A program made the position numbers and the translations under genes. A DNA stretch of 64,000 nt from an uncultured Chloroflexia bacterium (GTDB taxonomy: Bacteria > Chloroflexota > Limnocylindria > Limnocylindrales > CSP1-4): NCBI GenBank assembly GCA_963715295.1, contig CAVQRP010000007.1:37330-101329 (forward strand), in the 5' to 3' direction. Below, in pieces: positions 48,679-59,146 of the stretch (position 1 is its first letter; each line of letters starts with the position of its first letter). The notes under the pieces are model-generated. The model searched no databases. It was not told the origin of the DNA and worked only from the letters and a program-made list of their open reading frames with translations.

Positions 48679-50546
48679 CGCCGTGTCACCGTCATCGAGG
48701 AATGACCCCCTGCCTCTGCCTGGTTACCGACACCAGCCAAGCCCAGCTGGGTGTCCCGGTACGACTCCTTGTAGAGCCTACCGTCCTCACTGATCTCCTG
48801 CATCTCGAAGCGTTCCATGGTGATGGCATCGTAGGGGCAACGCTTCACGCAAAGCGCACAGCGGATGCAACGTTCCTCGTCGAGGACCATGGCCGCGCCC
48901 TGGGTCCAGCCGTAGCCGTCGACCAGCTCGGGCAGCGCTCCCTCGGATCTCATCTGGTTCACGTCGATCATGTGGATGACGCCTTCGGGGCACACGTCCG
49001 CACAGGCGCCGCAAAGCACGCAGCGGAAACCATCGAACCAGATGTTGTAGTTGCACATCAGGCAGCGCGTGGACTCGGTGACGGCCTGGTCGGTGGTGTA
49101 GCCCAGCTCGGAGATGGTGCTGAAGTTCACCTTGGGGTCAGCCGAAGGCAGGCGCGCGTCCACTGGCAGGACGGGGATGTGCTGACGCGGCAGGACGTCA
49201 TACAGCTCGGGCATGTCGTGGCGCCAGGAGCTGACGATGCGCACGTTGGCGTCCACCGCCACCGTCGAGCGACCCGACAGGTAGCGGTCGATGGCATAGG
49301 CGCACTTCTTGCCGTGGCCGGCCGATTCGATGAGCGTCGTGGGGCCGGTCACGAAGTCGCCGCAGGCGAAGACGCCGCGCACGTTGGTGGCGTAGGTGCC
49401 GGGATCGACACGCATGCGGCCACGATTGATCTGGAAGCTGGCATCGACGGGCAGGAACGTGTTGTCGGCGGCCTGGCTGACCGCGGGGATGACGGTCTGC
49501 GCCGGCACCACGTACTCGGAACCCTCGATGGGCACCGGGCGGCGGCGACCGCTGGCGTCAGGCTCGCCCAGCTTGTTGCGCACGAACCGGACGCCGCTGA
49601 TGTTGCCGTTCTCATCCCCGATGATCTCCACCGGACTGACGAGGAACTCCATGCTCACACCTTCGCGCTCGGTCTCGCCCAGCTCCTCCTCGTCCACGAC
49701 CAGCTCGGAGCGCGTGCGGCGGTAGGCGATGGTGACGTTCCTGGCGCCGTGCCGCAGGCTCGTACGCGAGCAGTCCATGGCCGTGTAGCCGCCGCCGATG
49801 ATGACGACGTCGGTGCCGACCGCGACCTCCTCACCGAGGTTGGCGCGCTTCATGAAGTCGACGCCGTACTGGATGCCGTTGAGATCGTTGCCGGGGACGT
49901 CGAGTGGCACCGCGTTCATGGCGCCGGCGCAGATGGCCACCGCGTCGTACTGCGCCTGCAGCTCCTCGAAGGTGATGTCGCGTCCCACGCGGACGTTGAA
50001 GCGGAACTCCACCCCCAGGCGCTCGACGAGCCGGAAGTCCATCTCGATGGCTTCGCGCGGAAGACGGAACGCCGGCACGCCCACCAGCAGCGTGCCGCCG
50101 GCCATGGGCAGCTCGTCGAAGACGGTGACCTGGTGGCCGGCCACGGCCAGCTCGCGCGCGACCGCCAGGCCGGCGGGCCCGGCACCCACGACCGCCACGC
50201 TGGTGTCGCGGGGGGTGATGAGCGGCATCTCGTCGGGGATGCCCGACTGGGCGTGCCATTCGACGAGGAAGCGCTTCATCGCGCGGATGGCCAGGGGCCG
50301 ATCGATGTCGCCACGCCGGCAGGCGCGTTCGCACGGTGCCGAGCACACGTAGGCGCACATGGCGGCGACCGGGTTGGGTTCACGCGAGAGGATGTAGCCC
50401 TCCTCGAAGCGACCCTCCGCCGCGAGGTTCAGGTAGCCGCGACAGTTGGTGCCCACCGGACACGCTTCCTGGCACTCGATGTTGCACTGCAGCCAGGACG
50501 CGTCCACAGGCTGGACGAGGAACTCCTGGCCGGTGTCGATGACCAC
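48675..50546 (-). CDS. GltD-like NAD(P)H-dependent FeS flavoprotein with extra C-terminal 2x[4Fe-4S] ferredoxin domain
   Basis: N-terminal Cys clusters, FAD and NAD(P) Rossmann motifs ([26 protein letters not shown]), and C-terminal CLMCNYN...[12 protein letters not shown] and [12 protein letters not shown]. Confidence 0.8.
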   Translation of the reverse strand: MVIDTGQEFLVQPVDASWLQCNIECQEACPVGTNCRGYLNLAAEGRFEEGYILSREPNPVAAMCAYVCSAPCERACRRGDIDRPLAIRAMKRFLVEWHAQSGIPDEMPLITPRDTSVAVVGAGPAGLAVARELAVAGHQVTVFDELPMAGGTLLVGVPAFRLPREAIEMDFRLVERLGVEFRFNVRVGRDITFEELQAQYDAVAICAGAMNAVPLDVPGNDLNGIQYGVDFMKRANLGEEVAVGTDVVIIGGGYTAMDCSRTSLRHGARNVTIAYRRTRSELVVDEEELGETEREGVSMEFLVSPVEIIGDENGNISGVRFVRNKLGEPDASGRRRPVPIEGSEYVVPAQTVIPAVSQAADNTFLPVDASFQINRGRMRVDPGTYATNVRGVFACGDFVTGPTTLIESAGHGKKCAYAIDRYLSGRSTVAVDANVRIVSSWRHDMPELYDVLPRQHIPVLPVDARLPSADPKVNFSTISELGYTTDQAVTESTRCLMCNYNIWFDGFRCVLCGACADVCPEGVIHMIDVNQMRSEGALPELVDGYGWTQGAAMVLDEERCIRCALCVKRCPYDAITMERFEMQEISEDGRLYKESYRDTQLGLAGVGNQAEAGGHSSMTVTRR

Positions 50547-50760
50547 GCTGGATCGAACCCCCTCACGACGGGTGTTGGGACTGACTGGTCGGCCTCATGG
50601 CCCGAGTGCGAGCGAATTTACCATCCGAGGGCCGAGCCGTGCGTGATCGATGAGCGCAGATATACGACTTTGGCCGCGGCCGTTCGCTTCCGGGCGCCGC
50701 CGCAGCCAGCGATCTCCAGCCGGGACCTTCTGCCTGTTGACCACGCCCCTGCTGCCCCGT

Positions 50761-51941
50761 ATGTTCCTGCTCATGAGCACACCTGCGGGGGTGTCCGAAG
50801 CGCATCCTGCCGACGGCTGTGCCGAGATGCGGGCCGAGGTCGGCCGGACCTGTCGCGAGGCGCACGAAGCCAGGGCCGCGCATGAGGCCGCCGCTGCCAA
50901 CACACACGAGCTGCGGCGGGAGCTCGTCGCCAGCCAGCACCGGCAAGCGGAGGCGGCTGTCGCGGCCGACCCCCAGTTCCGTAGCGCCGACAAGAAGGCC
51001 GCTCGTGACACCTACCAGCTGGCGCGATACGCGGCCCAGTCGGAAGACGAGATCCGCGAGGCCACGGCAGCCTGGGCCCAGGCCGTCGATCGCATCAACC
51101 GTGCCGGTCGACTGGCCCAGCGCGCGGCGGCGCAGGCCAAGGCTGCCGTCGCCAGCGTGGAATCATCGCTGCACGAGGCCGAGCAGGCGGAGCGAAGTGC
51201 GCGCATCACGGCCGAGCGGGCTGAAGGCGACTGCCTCGATGCTCGCGTTCGCCTGGCCGCGTGCGAGGAAGAAGCGGCCGCTCCGGCGGAGGCAGCCAGC
51301 GCGACCGTGTTCGAGCCGCACGCGGCTACCGGAGGCCACGCCATCGCCGTCAGCCCCACCGAGCGCATGTCACCCCTGGTCATCGAATTGATGGTCAGCG
51401 CCGACCGACGCGCGCTCGAGCTGGCGGCGAACGATGTCGCGGCACGCACCGGCTGCTCGCCGGCGGAGGCGCAGCTGCAGCTGCAGGAGCTGGTCGATGC
51501 CATCGTCTCGGCCGCGGCCGAGGAGGGCTTCCTCATCTTCGACAGCGACCATCGCTTCTGGGCCACGCTCACCTTCGAAGAGGCGCGCGATGTCATCGCC
51601 GCGCTGGCGCGGCTCGGCTTCAGCTTCGCCCCCAGCGAGGGCTGGTACGCGGGACGCGCGCCGGCGCCGGCGGACCTGTCGATGGCACTGGCCTACGCCG
51701 GACTGGACGCGCGCAACATGCGCGACCTGCCCGACAGCGAGGATCTGCGCCAGTTGCCCGGCTCCATCGGTGTCGATGGGCGAGCCTACCTCGCGGCCCG
51801 GGCACCATCCCTGGCCATGGACCAGCTGGTGAGCGCCCTGGGCGTCGCGCCGAGCCGCTCGAGCTGCTGTGGAACGAGTGGGGCCAGGTGCGTCCGGTGC
51901 TGTTGACCGACCGGCACGACCTCGGCAGCCTGCCCGGCTGA
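50761..51941 (+). CDS. Hypothetical Ala-rich coiled-coil protein (C-terminus probably frameshifted)
   Basis: About 390 aa with high GC3. The last ~40 aa likely continue in the frame of ORF 51261..51941. Confidence 0.45.
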
Positions 51942-51952
51942 GCTCGTCGAGA

Positions 51953-52698
51953 GGGTTCCGAGCCGCAGCTAGCGGAAGATCGACGACGGCGAAGTCTTCT
52001 CCAGCAGTGGCGCCGATGGCTGCGCCCGAGATGCGGGCGCGTTCACGCACCTCATCGGCCATGCGCTCGGGCTCGACCAGCTGGCTGGCATGGGCGGACA
52101 GTGCGCGCAGCTTGGCCGGCAGCGTCTCGCTGATGTCGACGACGACGTTGGGTTGGTCGCTCCAGAAGAGATACAAGCGGCCGACCCGGTGTGGCTGGAG
52201 CCCCTCCGCTATGACCAGGTGCGGAAAGGCCATGGGGTTGCGCGCGGCCGGGTAGACCGCGTCGATAGCGGCTGCACCGGCCGCACGATGGTCGACGTGG
52301 TTCACGCTGCCGTCCGGGTGGATCAGCACCCGCGGGTCAAGGGTGACGACGGCATCGGGAGCGAAGGTACGGATGATGCGCACGAGCTGCTCACGCAACG
52401 CCAGGTCGTTGGCGAGGGCACCATCGGGGCGATGCAAGAACGTCACCGCCTCGTAGCCGACGATGCCGGCAGCGGCACGCTGCTCTGCTTCGCGCATGGC
52501 GGCGACGGCCAGCGGGTCGGCTGACGCATCGTCGGCGCCGGCATCGCCGCTGGTACAACACACCAGCTGGGCCACACTACCCTCAGCGACCCAACGGGCC
52601 ACGCTGCCGGCGGCCGCGAAGTCAGCATCGTCAGGGTGCGCCACGATGACCAGCGGTCGCCGGGGCCGCTCGACATGGGCGCGAAGGTCGGCCGTCAT
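51953..52698 (-). CDS. PIG-L/LmbE family N-acetylglucosaminyl deacetylase
   Basis: PLVIVAHPDDADF and HVDHRAAG motifs. Start MTADLRAH. The 3' boundary is uncertain because the ORF runs on as antisense of the convergent gene. Confidence 0.65.
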
Positions 52699-52873
52699 CG
52701 AGCCCTGCGCGACGGGGCCGCGCAACCTGTCGTGGCGCCGCTGCGGAAACGAACACTAAAAAAGTGCTTGATTCCTGCGGCAGGCGCGCTATGCTCTCTC
52801 GATGGCGTCGCTCGTCTCCCCCCACGAGCGACGTCTTTTCCTGTCCCGGGGACTCCCGCGCCGACCCGCCGCA

Positions 52874-53365
52874 TCAGGCTGAGGCTGCCGAGCGGAGGGT
52901 CGCCAGGACCTCGGCGGCGTGGCCCTCCACCTTGACCCTGGGCCACACGTGCGCGACGCGGCCCTGGGGATCGATGAGGAACGTGCTGCGGCCGATGCCG
53001 AAGTACGTCTTGCCGTAGTTCTTCTTCTCGACCCAGACCCCGTACCGCTCTGCCACGGCATGATCAGGATCGGCCAGCAGGGGGAAGGTCAGCCCGTGCT
53101 CGGCCTTGAACCTGGCCTTGGAGTCGGCGTCGAGGACACTGACGGACCAGACCGTGGCCCCTGCGGCCTCGAAGTCGGATGTCAGGTCGCGGAACTCGCA
53201 GACCTCGGTGGTGCAGCCAGAGGTGAAGTCCTTGGGATAGAAGAACAGCACCACCCAGCGGCCGCGCTCGGCGGCCAGCTCGCGGACGGTGCCGGCGTCG
53301 TCGGTGAGCGAGAACGCCGGAGCAGGCTCGCCGACGGCGGGGAGGGTGGGAGCGTTATCGGTCAT
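52874..53365 (-). CDS. bcp: Peroxiredoxin Bcp (thiol peroxidase)
   Basis: FYPKDFTSGCTTE peroxidatic Cys motif, 163 aa. Confidence 0.85.
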   Translation of the reverse strand: MTDNAPTLPAVGEPAPAFSLTDDAGTVRELAAERGRWVVLFFYPKDFTSGCTTEVCEFRDLTSDFEAAGATVWSVSVLDADSKARFKAEHGLTFPLLADPDHAVAERYGVWVEKKNYGKTYFGIGRSTFLIDPQGRVAHVWPRVKVEGHAAEVLATLRSAASA

Positions 53366-53399
53366 GCACGGAAGGGTAGCGCTGTCGCGTCGCGGATGA

Positions 53400-54423
53400 C
53401 GTGGGCACTGCCCGGCTGCACGCTCAGTCCGGATCGGCTCCCCCGGCGCCGGGAGCTCGCCCTCGCGGGCTTCCACGTGGAGGCGGGGGGCATCGGGGAC
53501 GTCCACCACGAGCAGGACGTGATCGCCGCGGAAGCGTCGCGCGGATACGTGCCCCGCGATGGGACCGGCCGGATCGGCCACCAGGCCGGCGGGACGCAGC
53601 ACGACCAACACCTCTTCCCCGGTCCTGGTGGCGCGCGGGGCCGGATCGGCCACCTCGGCGGGCAGGTCACCCCAGGGCGTGTGCAGCACACGCTGGTCCA
53701 GCACACCCGACGTGATGTTGCGAAAGCCCAGGAAGCGGGCCGTCCACTCGTTGGGCGGTCGCGTCCAGAGCTCCTCGGGCGTGCCGTCGGCAAGGGTCCG
53801 CCCGGCTCGCAGCAGGACCACGCGGTCGGCCACCGACAGGGCCTCGTCCTGATCGTGGGTGACGTAGATGACCGTGAGGCCCAGCTCACGGAAGATCCTC
53901 GCAGCTCATCGGGCAGGCGCTCGCGCAGGGCCCGGTCGAGCGACCCCATGGGCTCGTCCAGCATCAACAGCCGCGGTCGCGGGGCCAGGGCGCGTGCCAG
54001 TGCCACCCGCTGCTGCTCGCCACCGGACAGCTGGGAGACCGGGCGCCGTTCAGCGCCGGACAGCCCCACCAGCTCGAGCAGCTCGGCTACCCGACGCCGG
54101 ACAGCCGCACCGCCCTCCCCTTGCATCCGTAGGCCGAAGGCGATGTTCTGGCCCACGTCCCGGTGCGGGAACAGGGCGTAGTCCTGGAACATCAGCCCGA
54201 CCCCACGCTCGTGTGGCGGCACTCCAGCCAGGTCGCGGCCGGCGAGCCGGATCGAGCCGCTGCGTGGCACCTCCAACCCGGCGACCACCCGTAGCAGCGT
54301 CGACTTGCCGCCGCCGCTGGGACCCAGCACGCACAGCAGCTCAGCGCTCGACACCGCCAGGCTGACGTCCTGCAGCACATCGACCTCGGCGTAACCGGCG
54401 CTCAGACCCTCGACCTCGAGCAT
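53400..54423 (-). pseudogene. ABC transporter ATP-binding protein (thiamine/Fe3+ importer type, TOBE C-domain), at least 2 frameshifts
   Basis: Walker A GPSGGGKST, LSGGEQQRVALARAL and LLMLDEP in frame 1. H-loop and TOBE regions are in frames 2/3. The 3' end is approximate. Confidence 0.7.
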
Positions 54424-54430
54424 GTGCCTC

Positions 54431-56128
54431 CTAGAACGGCTGTGGCCCGCTGCCGCGCAGGCGCTCGATGAGCAGGACCGCGGTCGCGGTGAGCAGCATC
54501 AGCACGACCGCCAGCGCCATGGCCGTGGCGAAGCTGGCGGCACCGGGCTGGCCCAGCAAACGGTAGATGGCCACAGGGATGGTGACGCTGTCGGGCCGCG
54601 CGATGAAGAGCGTGGCGCCGAACTCGCCCAGCGACACCGCGAAGGCGAAGCCGGCCCCGACCAGGGCGGCGCGGGCAAGGATGGGCCCATCGACCTCGCG
54701 CCAGGCTCGCGCCGGCGGCGCGCCCAGGACCGCCGCGGCCTCGCGCAGGCGGTCGTCGATGGAGCGGATGACGGGCACCACCGCGCGCAGCACGAAGGGC
54801 AAGGCGATGAGCGCGTGGGCGATGGGGATGAGCAGCACCGAGGTGCGCAGGTCCAGTGGCGGCGAGTCGAGCGAGACCAGGAAGCCGAAGCCGACGATGA
54901 CCGCCGACGTGCCCAGCGGCAGCATGATGAGAGCATCCAGCCCGCGCGCCAGCCAGCCGCGCCGGTAGCCCACCGCCGCCGCCGCGAGCAGGCCCAGCGT
55001 GCCGGCGATGAGCGTGGTGATGGCGGCGAAGGTGAGCGAATCGGCCACGGCCTGCAGCGGCGCAGCCGACAGGCGCAGGCGCGGATCGGCCTGCAGCAGG
55101 GCCGCGTATGCCCCGACGCCGTAGCCCCCGGGTCCGGCCAGCGAGCGCTCCAGCAGCATCAGCAGAGGCGTCAGCATGAAGACCAGCGTGGCGCCCAGGA
55201 TGAGCCAGACCACGTTGCGCTCGCGGCCGGGACGCGGCGGGCGAGCGGTCTCGGCCGAGGCGCGCAGACGCTGCTGGAACGCGAGGTGCTCCTGCGCGCG
55301 AGCGCTGCCGAGCAACAGCACGAAGACGCCCACCATCTGCAGGATGGTCAGCGCCGCTGCCGTGGGCAGGTCCAGCAGGATGGCCGTCTGGCGGTAGATC
55401 TCCACTTCCAGCGTGGTATCGCGCGGACCGCCCAGCAGCAGCACCACGCCGAAGGAGGTGACGGTGAACAGGAACACGATCGAGGCGGCCGAGATGACCG
55501 CCGGGCGCAGTAGCGGCCAGGTGACCTCGCGGAAGGCACGCCAACCGCTGGCACCCAGCATGCGCGCCGCCTCTTCCGTGCGTGGATCGACGTGCGCCCA
55601 TATGCCGCCGACGAGCCGGATGATGACCGAGACGTTGTAGAAGACATGCGCCACCAGGATGGCCCCGACCGATCCGTCGAGGCGCACCTGCGGGATGTCG
55701 GGCCCGAAGATGACCTCGGCCAGGGCGTTGACGGGGCTGCGGGGGCCCAGCAGCGCCAGGAAGGCGGAGCCGACCACGACCGTGGGCAGCACGAACGGCA
55801 CCACCGTCAATGCGCGCATGACACGCTTGCCGCGGAACTCGAAGCGAGCGAACACCCACGCCACCGGCAGCCCCAGCAGCAGCGTGAGCAGCGTGGAGAG
55901 GCTTGCCAGCGCCAGCGTGAAGATGACCGTGTCCAGCACGAACGGCTGCTGCCACGCCTCCACCAGGCCGCCGGGCGCGACGGCACCGTCGGGCGCGATG
56001 CCGAGCGCCAGGATGTTGGCCACCGGCCACAGGAAGAAGAGCCCCAGGAACGCCAGCGGCCCCAGCGCCAGCAGCAGGGCCCAGCGACGGCTCAGCGCAG
56101 GACGATGTCGGTCCACTCGCGGATCCAC
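54431..56128 (-). CDS. ABC transporter permease, fused two-domain (ThiP/FbpB type, ~12 TM)
   Basis: 565 aa with two MetI-like domains, each with an EAA-type loop. Confidence 0.85.
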   Translation of the reverse strand: MDPRVDRHRPALSRRWALLLALGPLAFLGLFFLWPVANILALGIAPDGAVAPGGLVEAWQQPFVLDTVIFTLALASLSTLLTLLLGLPVAWVFARFEFRGKRVMRALTVVPFVLPTVVVGSAFLALLGPRSPVNALAEVIFGPDIPQVRLDGSVGAILVAHVFYNVSVIIRLVGGIWAHVDPRTEEAARMLGASGWRAFREVTWPLLRPAVISAASIVFLFTVTSFGVVLLLGGPRDTTLEVEIYRQTAILLDLPTAAALTILQMVGVFVLLLGSARAQEHLAFQQRLRASAETARPPRPGRERNVVWLILGATLVFMLTPLLMLLERSLAGPGGYGVGAYAALLQADPRLRLSAAPLQAVADSLTFAAITTLIAGTLGLLAAAAVGYRRGWLARGLDALIMLPLGTSAVIVGFGFLVSLDSPPLDLRTSVLLIPIAHALIALPFVLRAVVPVIRSIDDRLREAAAVLGAPPARAWREVDGPILARAALVGAGFAFAVSLGEFGATLFIARPDSVTIPVAIYRLLGQPGAASFATAMALAVVLMLLTATAVLLIERLRGSGPQPF

Positions 56129-57141
56129 TCCTCGCGCCCGGCGTCGATGGCCGCAGGCTGGAGGCTCAAAGGCGCCGAGGGCACCAGCGCGTGCTGTTCG
56201 AAGACCTCCGGCAGGGCCACGTCGGACCGCGCCGGGTACACGTACATGGCCAGCGGCAGCTCGGCCTGCACCTCCGGCGACAGCAGGTAGTCGATCAGCG
56301 CAGCGGCCAGCTCCGGTTCTCTGGTGCCGCGCAGGATGCCGGCGAACTCGACCTGGCGAAAGCAGCCCGCGTCGATCGCCGCCGTCGGGGATTCGGTCGC
56401 ATCCGGGCCGGCCCCCAGGAATTCGGCGGCCGGACTGGAGGCATACGACACCACGATGGGCAGGTCGCCCTCGCCGGAGCCGCCGGAGAAGCGTGAGAAG
56501 TACGCCCCTTCCCAGTCGGCCGCAACCGCCACGTCGTTGGCACGCAGGTCGGCCCAGTACGCGGCCCAGCCGGTCTCGGGATCCTCGCCGAAGTGCGCCA
56601 CCGTCGCCAGCAGGAAGGCCAGGCCGGGTGACGAGGTCGCCGGATTCTCGACCACCAGCTGACCGGCCAGCGCCGGGTCGGCCAGGTCTTCCAGGCTCGT
56701 CGGAAGGGGCAGACCGTCCTCACCGAAGGCGGAACGATCGATGTTGAGACAGACATCGCCGAAGTCGATGGGCGTCACGCGGTGCTGCGGGTCCAGCTGC
56801 AGCTCGGGGGGCACGCTGGCCAGCGCCTCCGATCTATACGGCTCGAACAGGTCGGCCTCCAGGGCGCGTGAGAGGAAGGTGTTGTCGACGCCGTAAAGGA
56901 CGTCGGCCAGCGGCCGGTCGGCAGTGAGGATGGCCTGGTTGACGACGGCGCCGGCATCGCCCGCCGGCAGCAGCTTGACGTCAACGTCGTGTGCCGCCTC
57001 GAACGCCTCCATCACCCCGGGTGGCAGCAGGAACGAGTCGTGCGTCAGCAGCGTCAAGGTGCGCTCCTGTGCCGCCAGCGGTGAGGCGCTCAGCAGCACC
57101 AGCCCGGCGGCGAGCGTGGCGACGATGCGGGTGCGGATCAT
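56092..57141 (-). CDS. ABC transporter periplasmic substrate-binding protein (thiamine/Fe3+ family)
   Basis: Signal peptide and an SBP_bac_1 fold, 349 aa. Confidence 0.85.
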   Translation of the reverse strand: MIRTRIVATLAAGLVLLSASPLAAQERTLTLLTHDSFLLPPGVMEAFEAAHDVDVKLLPAGDAGAVVNQAILTADRPLADVLYGVDNTFLSRALEADLFEPYRSEALASVPPELQLDPQHRVTPIDFGDVCLNIDRSAFGEDGLPLPTSLEDLADPALAGQLVVENPATSSPGLAFLLATVAHFGEDPETGWAAYWADLRANDVAVAADWEGAYFSRFSGGSGEGDLPIVVSYASSPAAEFLGAGPDATESPTAAIDAGCFRQVEFAGILRGTREPELAAALIDYLLSPEVQAELPLAMYVYPARSDVALPEVFEQHALVPSAPLSLQPAAIDAGREEWIREWTDIVLR

Positions 57142-57836
57142 GCCTGGTCCTCCTGTCGCTCTGCGTTGCGGTCGGTGTGGACCAGCAAGAGTCGGCCACG
57201 TCGGCTGGACACCCGGGCGCTGCGCCCGAGCAGCTCATTGGAAAGGCCTCGCGATGGACCCAGGCTGAGGGTCTCGTCTCGGAGCGCGAAACGAAGCCCC
57301 TCGGTGCTGACGCCGGTCACGTTGCGGTCGAGCGCGAAGAGAGAGACGAAATCACCCGGCTGGCCCTCGATGCCTGCCTCGGCGGGGCCGTCGTGGCTGC
57401 CACTGCGCCAGATGCGCGAACCGTGCCCGGCGATGACCACCTCGACCCCGTCCAGGCGCGGATCGGCCAGCAGCAGCAGGTTGGCCAGACTGTGCTCGGG
57501 CCGCGTCTCGCCGAGGGCGCCCAGGATGGTGAGGCGATGGTGCCCAGCCTCGAGCGCCGTGAGCAGGCACAGCTCCATGTCGCTCTCGTCCTTGTCCGGC
57601 GACGCCACCCGCAACTCCACGCCCATCGATTCGAGCCGCGCACGGTCGGCGCTGCTCAACGAGTCGAAGTCGCCCACGACCACATCGGGAACGAGGCCGG
57701 CCTGGAGGACCCGCGCGGCGCCGCCATCGGCCGCGATCAGGCTGGGACTGGAACCGGCCCCGGCGACCAGCTCGGCGAGCAGCGCCTGGTCCACGTCACC
57801 GTCGGCGATGATCAACGCGTGAGTGGGCCTGGCCAT
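57138..57836 (-). CDS. Thiamine pyrophosphokinase
   Basis: ALIIADGD ... VVVGDFDS TPK catalytic motifs. First gene downstream of the TPP riboswitch. Confidence 0.8.
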   Translation of the reverse strand: MARPTHALIIADGDVDQALLAELVAGAGSSPSLIAADGGAARVLQAGLVPDVVVGDFDSLSSADRARLESMGVELRVASPDKDESDMELCLLTALEAGHHRLTILGALGETRPEHSLANLLLLADPRLDGVEVVIAGHGSRIWRSGSHDGPAEAGIEGQPGDFVSLFALDRNVTGVSTEGLRFALRDETLSLGPSRGLSNELLGRSARVSSRRGRLLLVHTDRNAERQEDQA

Positions 57837-57878
57837 GGACGTCGAAGCCTCCGTCTGGACGGGACGGAGGCTGCGTCA

Positions 57879-57966
57879 TCGACTCCCTTCGCCGGTACGA
57901 ACCGGATCAGGTTCCGAGGGTCTGCGGCTGTCCCGCACTCTCAGCGCCGCGAGGGCGCTCCCCTGT
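57879..57966 (-). promoter_or_regulatory. TPP (thiamine pyrophosphate) riboswitch, THI-box aptamer
   Basis: Minus-strand RNA: GGGGAGCGCCC...CUGAGA...ACCCUCGGAACCUGAUCCGGUUCGUACCGGCGAAGGGA. It is followed by the hairpin GCCUCCGUC-ccgucca-GACGGAGGC (57847..57871), which sequesters the SD GGAGG 11 nt before the AUG. Confidence 0.85.
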
Positions 57967-58037
57967 CCCATCTGTGGTTGTATCGAGGATGCTACACCAC
58001 GGGCCGAGCAGGCCCGATGTCATAGACTCCGGGTGCC

Positions 58038-58580
58038 ATGCCCGACCCCGCCCATCCAGCCCACCAACGCGTCATCGACGCGGCCCGCCAACGCGGTGTC
58101 GAGATCGAGATCGTCACGTTCGACGAGTCCACGCACACCGCCCAGGAAGCGGCCGCTGCCATCGGCGTGCAGCTGGGCCAGATCGTCAAGAGCCTGGTCT
58201 TCATGGCGCCCATCGATCCCGCTCGCGACGATGGCGAGCAGGAGCCGGTCATCGCCCTGGTGCGCGGCTCCGACCGAGTGGACATCGCCAAGCTGGCCAC
58301 CGTCAGCGCCCGACCGCGCATGCGCCGGGCCAACGCCGACGAGGCCAACGCGGCCACCGGCTTCGCCATCGGCGGCATCCCGCCCTTCGGTCACCGCCGG
58401 CGCATCGCCGTGGTGATGGATCCCGCCCTCGATGGCTACGAGGAGGTGTGGGCCGCGGCCGGCACCGCGACAGCCGTCTTCGCCATCGCGCCCGCCACGC
58501 TGGCGATGCTGTCCGATGCCCTCGTCGCACCCTGCGCCGAGGAACCGGCGGCGGCCGACCCAGGCGCGAGCCCGTCGTGA
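58038..58580 (+). CDS. YbaK/ProX-type aminoacyl-tRNA deacylase domain protein (second copy)
   Basis: YbaK fold (KSLVFMA, GFAIGGIPPFGH). Confidence 0.8.
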   Translation: MPDPAHPAHQRVIDAARQRGVEIEIVTFDESTHTAQEAAAAIGVQLGQIVKSLVFMAPIDPARDDGEQEPVIALVRGSDRVDIAKLATVSARPRMRRANADEANAATGFAIGGIPPFGHRRRIAVVMDPALDGYEEVWAAAGTATAVFAIAPATLAMLSDALVAPCAEEPAAADPGASPS

Positions 58581-59146
58581 GCGAGGTGCAGCGCGCCAAC
58601 ATCGGCTATCCCGGCGGCCTGGCGGCGCGCTATCGCTGGGGCAGCTCGGGATCGGCCGCAGACGTGTTCGCGCTTTCCGAGAGCGGCGGCGTGTTGACTG
58701 ATCATGCCGGTCTCGCCGGTGGCGATCCGGTCCGCATGTGTCGCGCCGAGCTGCGGGTGGAGGGTCCGCTGGGCACGTGGACGGCGCGCCTCGCCTCGCC
58801 CGTGTTCGACGAGCCCGGGGGGCTGCTGTGGGACACGGAGGCGCAGCTGGTCGTCAAGTACGGCTTCCGTGTCTACGGCCTGGCCAGCCGCACCGGCGAG
58901 CTGCGCTGGACGCACCTCTCCGGGACACCCATCGTGGCCGTCCTGGGCTCGCCGCGCCTGCCCCATGTCATCGTGCAGAGCGAGGTGGAGACCCTGGCCC
59001 TGGGTCCTGTGGGCGAGGTGCGCTGGCGCGTGGCCCACAGCGACGTCATCGCCGCTGCCGAGCTGGTGGCTGGAACGCTGACGGTGACCAGTTACGGAGG
59101 CGACGTCGTGGCCTTCGAACCGGGCACTGGACGAGCCCTGCGGTGA
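58577..59146 (+). CDS. Hypothetical protein
   Basis: 189 aa; GTG start overlaps the upstream stop (GTGA). High GC3 and no recognised domain. Only this 3' part of the long ORF 57974..59146 is coding-like. Confidence 0.5.
   Translation: MSEVQRANIGYPGGLAARYRWGSSGSAADVFALSESGGVLTDHAGLAGGDPVRMCRAELRVEGPLGTWTARLASPVFDEPGGLLWDTEAQLVVKYGFRVYGLASRTGELRWTHLSGTPIVAVLGSPRLPHVIVQSEVETLALGPVGEVRWRVAHSDVIAAAELVAGTLTVTSYGGDVVAFEPGTGRALR

Noticed and set aside
51370-51952. 3' continuation of the ORF 51370..52725 (minus strand)
   Set aside because: Past about 51950 it is antisense to the convergent hypothetical gene (50761..51941) and the translation loses any LmbE similarity. The deacetylase probably ends near 51950-51960.
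57974-58576. 5' part of the 390-aa ORF 57974..59146
   Set aside because: Overlaps the YbaK-like gene in another frame and the riboswitch region. The composition is Arg/Gly junk. The real gene starts at the GTG at 58577.
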